From assembly GCA_964016885.1 (NCBI GenBank), contig OZ024752.1:18910001-18974000 (forward strand): a stretch of 64,000 nucleotides of DNA, read 5' to 3'. Origin of the DNA: Eledone cirrhosa (lineage: Eukaryota). The first letter of the stretch is position 1; each line of letters starts with the position of its first letter. Under the pieces are notes generated by a model, which was not told the origin of the DNA, did not search any database, and saw nothing but the letters and a program-made list of their open reading frames with translations. The position numbers and the translations under genes were made by a program. Positions 54,680-64,000 of the stretch are shown here, piece by piece.

Positions 54680-56230
54680 TGGTGGTGTCATACCCAAAGA
54701 CTGGTGCAGCAGTATTCTCATAAATTGCTACAAAAGTAAAGGGATGCTCTGGAGAGGAGCAATTATAGGGGTATAAAATTGATGGATCAGGTTATGAAAG
54801 TGGCAGAAAGGATATTAGCGCAACTAATTAGAGAAAGGATCAAACTAGATGAGATGCAGTTTGCTTTTGTGCCTGGGGAAAAGTACAACAGATACCCTCT
54901 TCTTGGTGAGACAATTGCAAGAGAGGTTCTTAGAGAAAAATAAGCCACTATACTTAGCCTTTGTTGACCTAGAGAAGGCCTTTGATAGGGTACCCCAATC
55001 TGTCATCTGGTGGTCCCTAAGGAAACTAGGTGTTGAGGAATGGCTTGTGAGGACAGTGCAAACTTTGTACAGAGGTACTGCCAGTAAAGTCAGGGTAGGA
55101 ATGGAGTTTAGTGAGGAATTCCAGATACAAGTAGGAGTGCCTCAGGGTTTGGTCCTCAGCCCGCTCTTGTTCATTATAGTCCTCCAAGCCATAACAGAGG
55201 AGTTTAAGACTGGCTGTCCATGGGAACTTCTCTATGCTGACGATCTGGTTCTTATAGCAGAATCAGTAGAGGAGCTAGAGAATAAATTCTGGCTATGGAA
55301 ACAGCAGTTGGAAGCAAGAGGACTGAGAGTGAACCTAGCTAAGACAAACATGTTGATGAGTAGAAAAGAGGACAAAACTCTGATTCCGTCGGGGAAATGG
55401 CCATGTTCGATATGCAGAAAAGGAACTGGCATAAATTCTATAAAATGCACACAATGCAGATCCTGGGTACACAAGAGATGTAGTGGGATAGCAGGCAAAC
55501 TAACAGGTAGGGAGAAATACGTATGCAGTAGATGTACAGGGAAATTAGACAGAAGTCGCATTGATAAACACATTTTTCAAATGCAGGCGGGTGCTATAGA
55601 AGTGGTGGATAGCTTCCGGTACCTAGGAGATCAGATTAGCATGAAAGGGGGGAGGGTGTTCCGAGGCCATAGTATCTAGAATAAGGATGGGTTGGAAGAA
55701 GTTTAGGGAGCTACTTCCTCTGCTGACGAAGAAGGGTTTCTCCCTGCGTACGAAAGGCCGGTTATATGATGCCTGTGTGAGGAGCGTGATGCTGCATGGT
55801 AGTGAGACATGGGCAGCAACTGCAGAGGATATGCGATGGCTGGAAATAAATAAAGGAAGAATGCTCTATTGGATGTGCAATGTCAATGTGCGTGAATGAC
55901 CCAGCATAAATGTGTTGAGAGAGAAACAGTCTGAGAGGGATAGAATGTAGTGTGTGAGAGAGGAGACAAAGGTGGTATGGACATGTGATGCGCATGGAGG
56001 ATGACCGATGGGTGAAGAAGTGCCAGGAAATGCCAGTTGAAGGAAGATGTAGTAGAGGTAGACCACAAAAAATATGGGCGGAGGTGGTGAGAACAGACCT
56101 CAGGTCGCTGAAGCTCATGGTGGAGATGATGAAGGACCATGACGAGTGGAGAGATGCTGTGCTGAATAAGACTCATCTCACCCTTGCAAGCAGGGAAAAG
56201 CGGACATAAAATGGTGATGATGATGATGAT
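54680..56230 (+). mobile_element. 5'-truncated, degenerate RTE LINE (second subfamily)
   Basis: ORFs 54849-55679, 55687-55899 and 55985-56209 with FVDLEKAFD, LLYADD and the same Cys finger. Tail CCCTTGCAAGCAGGGAAAAGCGGAC...(GAT)n. Confidence 0.92.
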
Positions 56231-56419
56231 ATAATAAAAGTATGTGTTCCTACATGTAAATAATACGCATAAGGATACAAGTATAGTCCAACCGTATGCC
56301 AGTGTGGTTCAATGGCAAGTTAATAAATTAACAAGCCAGAACATATAAAATCAAGGGAAAGCAAATAAAGAAAAAATTTTTAAATAAATTTCAAAAAATT
56401 CGCTGTACTTACTTTATGT

Positions 56420-56501
56420 GCCTTTACCGCGGTTTCAGATCCCAAAACAAATAGATAATCCAAGTGGATTTCCATTGAGAAAGAGATCCTCGTCAGAAGG
56501 C
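56420..56501 (-). ncRNA. Type I hammerhead ribozyme
   Basis: Minus strand: GCCUU-CUGACGA-GGAUCUC...GGGAUCU-GAA-ACCGCGGU-A-AAGGC. Palindromic stem III, GUA triplet. Confidence 0.88.
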
Positions 56502-56869
56502 TTTTCTCTCTCGGAGAATATAAAATTCCCGAGTTCAAATTACAAACTGGCGCCATACAAAACTGCCCCAGCAAATGAATGATGAAACAATTTTGTCTAG
56601 TACCGTGTGCAAAGACTGAAAGCAAGGTGGACAGGTCAATCTCTTGCTACTAAAAATAGCAGTCGTTCAAATGACCAAAGGTTTCTCTACCGTTGGGGAG
56701 AATAATAATAAAAGTATGTGTTCCTACATGTAAATAATACACATAGGGATACAAGTCTTTGCACACGGTACTAGACAAAATTGTTTCATCATTCATTTGC
56801 TGGGGCAGTTTTGTATGGCGCCAGTTTGTAATTTGAACTCGGGAATTTTATATTCTCCGAGAGAGAAAA

Positions 56870-56951
56870 GCCTTCTGACGAGGATCTCTTTCTCAATGGA
56901 AATCCGCTTGGATTATCTATTTGTTTTGGGATCTGAAACCGCGGTAAAGGC
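56870..56951 (+). ncRNA. Type I hammerhead ribozyme (inverted copy)
   Basis: GCCTT CTGACGA GGATCTC...GGGATCT GAA ACCGCGGT A AAGGC read directly on the + strand. Confidence 0.88.
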
Positions 56952-57111
56952 ACATAGAGTAAGTACAGTGAATTTATTGAAATTTATTTAAAAAATTTTT
57001 CTTTATTTGCTTTCCCTTGATTTTATATATATATATATATATAAAATCAAGGGAAAGCACATATATATATATATATATATATGCGAGTCCTATACTCCAT
57101 TGTTTTACTTG

Positions 57112-57145
<34 letters not shown>

Positions 57146-58781
57146 TGTTATTTCTGTTTACCTTTTATATATATATATATATCTTTTTTGTTTAGGTTCA
57201 TTTTGTTTACCACCATAATTATCATTATTATTATTGGTTTTTAACAGCTTTTCGATCTAGCTTTCATAGTCTTTTGGCTACCATACCATATCTATCTTCT
57301 TAAATATTATATTTTCACTATTAACACCTTATGAGTTTATATCTGATTATATATTTTATTTGGATTCTCATTTAGATAATTAACCCCCTCCCTCTCTCCC
57401 CTTTCCCACCCCCACACACTTGTCATTCGCCCCTTCAATTATACTATAGTTATATTCAATTCCCTTTTATGCTCCTTTCTATTGTATTATACAGTATATT
57501 GATTATGATTTTATGCTCCTTCGTATCCTCCATACCTTTCTTTTTTCTGTTCCCATTGGCCTACCATAGTTCTATTTAAGGTCATTTTATTAGATAACGT
57601 TATTCAACTGAAAGTAGAATATTTCATTCTATTCTGGATATTTTTATTGAGATATCTTAAACTTTAGAGATTTTTATAACTTAAACCATAGCTAATTTTG
57701 TATTGACTTATTATGTATTTTAAATACTTTCAATATTAATTAATTTAATAAGGTTTTCTAGTCATTTATCCGGGTTTGATTCCTAACTTTTTTTTACTTA
57801 ACTGCTTGTGACACCTAAGTAAATATATTTGTTTTTGTTTTTCAATTTCTGGTTGATTTTATTTATATTTTTTTTACTACCGTGCGTAGTTTCTGTCTGG
57901 TTCTTATTCACTTATTCACATATGTCTGTCTACCAACCATGTAATTATGTATACTATACTATGTTTGTTATTTAATATTGAAGTTGTTATATCATATCAC
58001 TTTATGTAATCGTACTATAGATCTTAAATATTTACCGATTATTCGATGTACCCTTATGTTAAATTTTGTAAATTCTGTAATATGTTTATATTTTTATAAT
58101 GTTTAGATAATATTTATTTATTTATACCAATTGTATAAAACTCGACCTCCGTCTGTTTTGTTACAACGGTATAGATATTTTTCCAGCACAATTTTTTCAA
58201 CACAATTCAGTTCTGTATGATATTTTTTTCTCACCCTGTGTGTAACTTTATATGATTTGTTAAGTTATATGCCAATATATTATAATATTGTTATTATAGT
58301 GTTATTGTAATATTTATATTGTTTGTGCAAATTGACCGGAGATTATAAATTATATAGTATATTATATATTATATTTTTATTTTTATTCATTTCTTTATCA
58401 TTTTATACTGTAAATAACATATGTATTATATTTATATTTAAACTCTTAATAAGTGTTAGTTTGTGTTTGTATTGATGGATATGTGTATTGATATATATAT
58501 ATATATACATATGTATATATATATATATATATTGGGCCTTTTAATATTATTATTATCATTATCAATTATATTATATTATATATCGTACTGTAATTCTCGC
58601 TTTATATCACCACTTGTGTTTAGTTTTAGTTTTTGCATTGTACTATATTTGTAATATGGGTTCAAAATGTTATTCACTTCCTTAGCAATTTTTACTTGAT
58701 AATTTTCCTATGCTTTAATGTATGTATACTCCATATTCTTCTGAGTTTTTGGCTTGTATTGGCCGATAGTGCTTCTTATAG

Positions 58782-58835
58782 CTTTACTTGCCCTGATGAG
58801 TCCTTAATAGGACGAAACATTGTTGGCTAATAAAG
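58782..58835 (+). ncRNA. Minimal type I hammerhead ribozyme (Penelope-type)
   Basis: CTTTACTTGCC CTGATGA GTCC TTAATA GGAC GAAAC ATT GT T GGCTAATAAAG. Canonical core, 4-bp stem II, 2-bp stem III, GUU triplet; ends a T-rich segment just before (TA)n. Confidence 0.8.
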
Positions 58836-58989
58836 ACTTTTGATGTATTGAAGGCTTCTTTGGTTTATTTTCATAATATATATATATATATATGTATAGA
58901 TATGTATATATATAATAAAACATTGATGCAATTCCATTCAAGTACTCTACATACTTTATCTGCTTAGGAATGATGGAGTATTTATAGAA

Positions 58990-59345
58990 TAATGAAATAT
59001 GAAGCAGTTTAGATGTTAAAACTTGATGACAATAGAAGCCACGTAATTCCCTGTTAAATCCAATGCCAGACAGCTCCTTACATAATAAAGTTACTTTTAT
59101 TTGGCAATCCAAGTTCGAAGTGACAAGGGAATGGAAGATTGCTTCAAAAACATTGTTTGTCCATTCCTTTGTCACTTCGAACTTGGATTGCCAATTAAAA
59201 GTAACCTTATTATGTAAGGAGCTGTCTGATGAGATCATAGCACTGTATTTAACATGGAATTACGTGGCTTCTGCTGTCATTGAAATATATATAACAGCCT
59301 TTCAATAAAGGAGTTTTAACATCTAAACTACTTTATATTTCATTA
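58990..59345. repeat. Fold-back inverted repeat (arms ~58990-59135 and ~59160-59345)
   Basis: CAGACAGCTCCTTACATAATA...GGAATGGA versus TCCATTCC...TATTATGTAAGGAGCTGTCTG. About 25-bp spacer; the left arm carries two deletions. Confidence 0.9.
59221..59298 (+). ncRNA. Type I hammerhead ribozyme with minimal palindromic stem III
   Basis: GCTGT CTGATGA GATCATAGCA...TGCTGTCATT GAA ATATATAT A ACAGC, followed by AATAAA. Confidence 0.82.
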
Positions 59346-59361
59346 TATATATATATATGGT

Positions 59362-59760
59362 AGTGAGATATGCGACGGCTGGAGAGAAATGAAGCAAGCA
59401 TCCGTTGGATGTGCAATGTCAATGTGCGTGAATGACCAAGCATAGATGAGTTGAGAAAGACACTGGGTATAAGAGGGATAAGTTGTGGTGCGCAGGAGAG
59501 AAGACTGAGATGGTATGGACATGTGATGCACATGGAGGATGACCGCTGGGTAAAAAAGTGCCAAGAAATCCCAGTAGAAGGAAGACGCAGTAGAGGAAGA
59601 CTATGAAAAACATGGGTGGAGGTGGTGAAAGCAGACCTCCGATTGCTGAAACTCACGGAGATGATGAAGGACCGTGACAAGTGGAGAGATGCTATGCTGA
59701 ATAGAACCCGTCCCACCCTTGCAAGCAGAGAAAAGCGGATGTAAAATGATGATGATGATA
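59362..59760 (+). mobile_element. 3' fragment of the second RTE subfamily
   Basis: Similar to 55830-56230, with the same tail and (GAT)n. Confidence 0.88.
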
Positions 59761-59764
59761 TATA

Positions 59765-60243
59765 TAATGACTGCAAACTCTGCTAAGAGTATTGCAATCG
59801 CTGTCAGATTACAGAAAATGGTGCACTTTTAGGCTACAGCAAGCCACACAAACCTGTAACAGATCCTGAACAAGCAATGCTTGTGCTTTGAAGGTTTTTT
59901 GAGCATCGAAAACACTACCTACCTGAAAAGGAGAACTGGTCAATATCATCAGATCCTTCCGAAGCCGCAGGTTTTTTTCATAGTTTCCCTCTCTTAGAAA
60001 GGTGTTGTGACAACAACTGGGGGCCTTTCACATCCAAGTGAAAAAAAAAAAGTACTATTTGGATGGCCGTTGACTATGCCGAGCTCCTCCGCCCTTTGCA
60101 ACCACCAGCCCGCTGGGTGTCCAAATATCACCCTCCTCACCAAGCAAGCTTGGTGGGGTTGCCGGTTTAGTCACCACCGACCTGACCATGAGACAGATTG
60201 TACTGGGTTATATGTTACCAGTAGCACTCGAGAGTGACCTGGC
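59765..60243 (-). mobile_element. Second copy of the ~500-bp non-autonomous RTE-like element
   Basis: The reverse complement aligns by eye to 52520-53017 at both ends. Confidence 0.6.
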
Positions 60244-60259
60244 ATATACATACATACAT

Positions 60260-60672
60260 GGTGGCTGCCAACTCGTTTTCGAGTACGGCCACTACTTTAT
60301 ATCCATGTAGGAGAACCCCTACCGATGCTCTGAACGAGTGTGACTTTTTAGTCCAGCCAGCGACTTGAAAACTCTGGTACAAACACTACACTTGTGACAA
60401 TTACTGACACATAGTGCTGGGCCCATTGTACCCTGTGATGTCAAGTGCAGAGAGATCTCCAGATATAAAGCAATGCCTGTGCCATGAAGCTTTTATAGTG
60501 AGCAAAGGCACTGCACAAAGCCAGTCCCACTCTCTTAACCAAGATGATATTTACCAAAAAGAACAAGAAGTCAACATCATTGGATACCATCAGGGTTGCA
60601 GGTGTTATATCAGAGTTTTCCTTCTCCTAGAATTCTGCCTTGACAAAGGCGAAGGAGTAATCTCTCCCGGAG
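60260..60672 (-). mobile_element. Related non-autonomous RTE-like fragment between (TACA)n tracts
   Basis: The minus strand has CTAGGAGAAGGAAAACTCTGA and ends TTGGCAGCCACCA(TGTA)n. Confidence 0.5.
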
Positions 60673-60692
60673 ACATACATACATACATACAT

Positions 60693-63600
60693 AATCAGTC
60701 AACGCGATCAGTCGCATATTTTGGCGTGGGAGACTATTTATTAAATTTAAGATGAATACTATCTCCGACAGTAATGCCACAACTACAGTCATGTTGAATA
60801 ACTGGTTATTCTTCTAACTATCCCTTCTGAAGACACCTTTTATTCGAATTTGTAGAGATATCCGACTAAATACATAATTCATTTTACAAGGATTTGCTAC
60901 AAACAGCATGGCTGAACACAACAACAACAAAAAAATTAAGGAAGTATCGAAGACAAATAACAAAGAAGGTAATCAAACTTTATTCAGTTGTAGCTACAGA
61001 AGAAACCGAAATTATAAATCGCATTTCTCTTGGAGTTGCGAACTTAATGATGATTTATTTAATTGTTATAAAATGGCAAAAAACAATCCCTCCATTGGCT
61101 ATATGAATAGAATGAAGCTACACTGGGACGAAATGCACCCAGAGCTAAATTATTTCACAGCGAAACAATTACGCCAACAAGCGACGTTTGTTGAACGTAA
61201 AAATAAGATAAATATTATTAATTGTAAGTCCCCCACAACAAACATGGAATCAACAACACATGCTACAGATTGCCATGCTACTAGACTTCCTAGCAGCTAG
61301 GTCGAACAGCGCCTTGAAACAACTATGCCTGTAAGAAACTTGACACCACCTGTACCATCTAAGTCTACCTCGAATGCTGGGGAAAACACTATCGATAATA
61401 ATAATAATCGAAGAAATAATAATAATAATCGAATAAATGGGACACCACGTATACCATCCGAGTCTACCTCGACTGTTGTGGAAAATACTATCAATAATGA
61501 TAATCAAAAGTATAAACAATTGAAAATTTCCCTCAACGAAATCTTCTAGAGAGAAATTAACTCATGTATAAATATCTCTCCGGTTGAACGTGTTAAAATG
61601 ACAATGGTGAATAAAAAACCAAATAATGAAATACTACGTGTTATTGACGAAATAGGGGATGAATATTTACGACGGATAAAAACCCCAACATTTTGGAAAA
61701 TCAACGCCTGTTTATATGCCTTAGCAATGACAGTGAAGCATTATCTTGGTGATAGCAGAGATATTAACAAGAACAAAATACCACCAAAAATACCATCATA
61801 TATAACTAAAATAGAAAAAAAGAGTGCTGACCTACGAAAAAACATAGGACATGTGACAATGCTCCTTACATGCAAACAAACACAAAAAAACCTCACTCCT
61901 CACCAACAAAGAGTGAAAAATAAAATAGAGACGATGTTTGGTAACAGTAGAACCAGAACTCTCCAATATAAGCTGATCACCCTCAAACAAGAATTGAGAG
62001 CTGTTAGTGAAAAACGCTGATACCTGAAGAAGGTAGACGAGAGAAAAATGCTTAATAAAAGATTCAGACGAAACCAAACATCAGTCTATAGAGATATGAA
62101 GGGCAAAATAATAAGTGTCACTGAGGCCCCATCCCAGAAAGACATAGATTCCTTTTGGAGCAAAATTTGGGGTGAAAAGAAGAATTTCAACCAAGATGCA
62201 GTGTGGCTAAGAGAAATCCGAAAGAACTATTGCTCCTACACTACAACAAAAACAAGTGAGGGTACCCTTGAGACTGTGATAGGAAAACTCCAAGATAAGA
62301 AAACACCAGGAAGAGACATGATTGTCGGCTACTGGTACAAAAAACTAATATTCTATCGGAGGTATCTTACCGACCTCTACCAACAAGTTCTTAAGGGAGA
62401 TACACTTATACCAGAATGGTTGACATTAGCACAAACGTTACTGGTCCCCAAGAACAAAGACACTCACTTGGCAAAAAACTACCGACCCATTGCATGCCAG
62501 AACCTGATGTATAAGATGTATACAGCCTGCCTGAACCTATTCCTCCAAGATCACTGTGAAAATAATAACATCATCACAGATGAACAAGCAGCTGGAAAGA
62601 AAAGGGTTTGGGGATGTGCTGAACAACTCCTAATCAACAAAACTGCGATGTCGGAGGTGCGACAACTTAGGAGGAATATGACTACAGTCTGGCTGGACTA
62701 CAAGAAAGCTTTCAATTCTGTTCCTCACTCTTGGATGATATAGAGGCCGCCCTCCAACTTGCTAAAGTCCCAGACATTATTGTCAGAGCCATAATATTGC
62801 AGGGGTATATTTTAGGGGGACAGTCTCTCTGTGATATTGTTCATCTTGTCATTAAACCCCTTGTCCTTTCTGCTCAAGAAATGTGAGGGATACATCATTG
62901 CCTCACAGGAGGACAGAAATATGAACCTAACCCATAACTTCTTTGTGGACGATCTGAAACTCTATGCCAAGAACATGGATGGGATGAAGAAAAATCTTGA
63001 CCTGGTTACAACGTTCTCAAAGGATATAGGAATGGAGTTTGGCCAAGATAAATGCTCATACATGACTGTAAAGCGGGGAAAAACAACAACCCAATCTAGC
63101 AACATTGTTATCAATGGTCTAACTGTTTCACCGATATCTGATGAGGACTGCTACAGATACCTGGGGATAGATGAGAACATATCCTCTAATGGGATCTGTA
63201 ATAAAGAACGCGTAACCAGGGAATACTACACCCGATTAAGAAAGATCTGGTCATCGGAACTCTCTGCGCAAAACAAAACAGTGGCTCACAATGTGTTTGC
63301 TGTGCCTGTCCTAACACCAACGTTTGGAATACTCAATTGGACAATAGACGAAATCCGAGCAGTTGATGTTCGAACTCGAAAAATACTGAACAACACCCGA
63401 AACTTCCACATCAACAGTGACATAGACCGCCTTTACTTGAAACATAAGCAGGGAGGCAGAGGCCTAACATCAGTCCAGACAACATTTGAATGTCGCATTA
63501 TATGTCTCCGACAACATCTACGAACCTCGAAGCGTAGGAGCCCGCTTCTCGAGCAAGTCTATCTGCATGAAACAGAGAAGATCATGAGAGTTGGGAAGGA

Positions 63601-64000
63601 ACTCCTCGAGATATATTCCCTGTGTGATAATCAAAAACTCACACCCAGGGATGTTGCTCAGCAGTATCGCAGTGAATCCATGGATGAAAAACTGCATGCC
63701 TATCAGCAAAAAATCATGCATGGATATGTTGCCAGGAAGCTCCAAAGTGAGAGTAATATAGATAAGGAAAGTAGTCTATCTTGGACCAACAACCGCTATA
63801 TTGGCTTCCACTTTGAAGGATACGCTTTTGCAATCCAAGAACAGGAGATTAGCATGAAATACCTGATTCACAAAAGAGATAGGGATGCAGGCAAAACACC
63901 TAGATGTAATAACAAGTGCAGACTCTGCAGAACTAACATCGAGGATATCACCCATGTCATCAGCAGCTGTCCAAAGATGTCATCGCGGTACTATCTACCT
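60693..64000 (+). mobile_element. Degenerate R4/Dong-type (RLE-class) non-LTR retrotransposon, running off the window end
   Basis: N-terminal W..ELN.DL..CY...GYMNRMK..WD..HP motif (60908-61300). RT motifs KTPGRD, YRPIAC, WLDYKKAF, GDSLS and FVDDLK; GGRGL; zinc knuckle CRLC..EDITHVISSC near 63920. Multiple stops and an RT deletion near 62795. Confidence 0.88.

Larger units (their letters stand above)
56231..57025 (-). mobile_element. 474-bp-unit partial tandem element with 5' inverted duplication, hammerhead-bearing
   Basis: ATAATAAAAGTATGTGTTCC... at 56231 and 56705 (period 474). ~56345-56616 is inverted at ~56755-57025. Confidence 0.8.

Noticed and set aside
56380-56991. Two near-identical short ORFs on opposite strands
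   Set aside because: A by-product of the inverted duplication of a non-coding ribozyme element.
57181-58780. Possible Penelope RT/GIY-YIG coding remnant upstream of the 58782 hammerhead
   Set aside because: Extremely T-rich with no recognisable RT or GIY-YIG motifs by eye. No autonomous Penelope ORF was found anywhere in the window.

Overview
AT-rich, repeat-dominated eukaryotic DNA. The SINE, RTE/CR1/R4 retroelement and (TA)n landscape suggests an octopod cephalopod (inference). The only host coding sequence recognised is a 153-bp phase-0/0 exon (50046-50198, +) of a prolyl 3-hydroxylase/CRTAP (leprecan) family gene, so the rest is probably giant intron. The intron holds RTE LINEs, a CR1 fragment, a degenerate R4/Dong-type element, tRNA-derived SINEs, TTAA piggyBac-type and TA mariner/pogo-type MITEs, and several minisatellites. 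The main hidden signal is a set of non-coding elements, each abutting (TA)n and carrying a type I hammerhead ribozyme fold that I paired by hand. The largest is a 15-kb, almost invariant array of a 615-bp unit (24.6 copies), each full unit with a variant hammerhead (UUGACGA core, GUC site) on the minus strand. There is also a 627-bp x1.6 element with two intact hammerheads, a 474-bp element with an inverted copy, and further solo hammerheads. Partial-tandem plus inverted-duplication architecture points to retrozyme-like, non-autonomous Penelope-type elements that could make circular RNAs. Activity and mobilisation are inferred, not shown.
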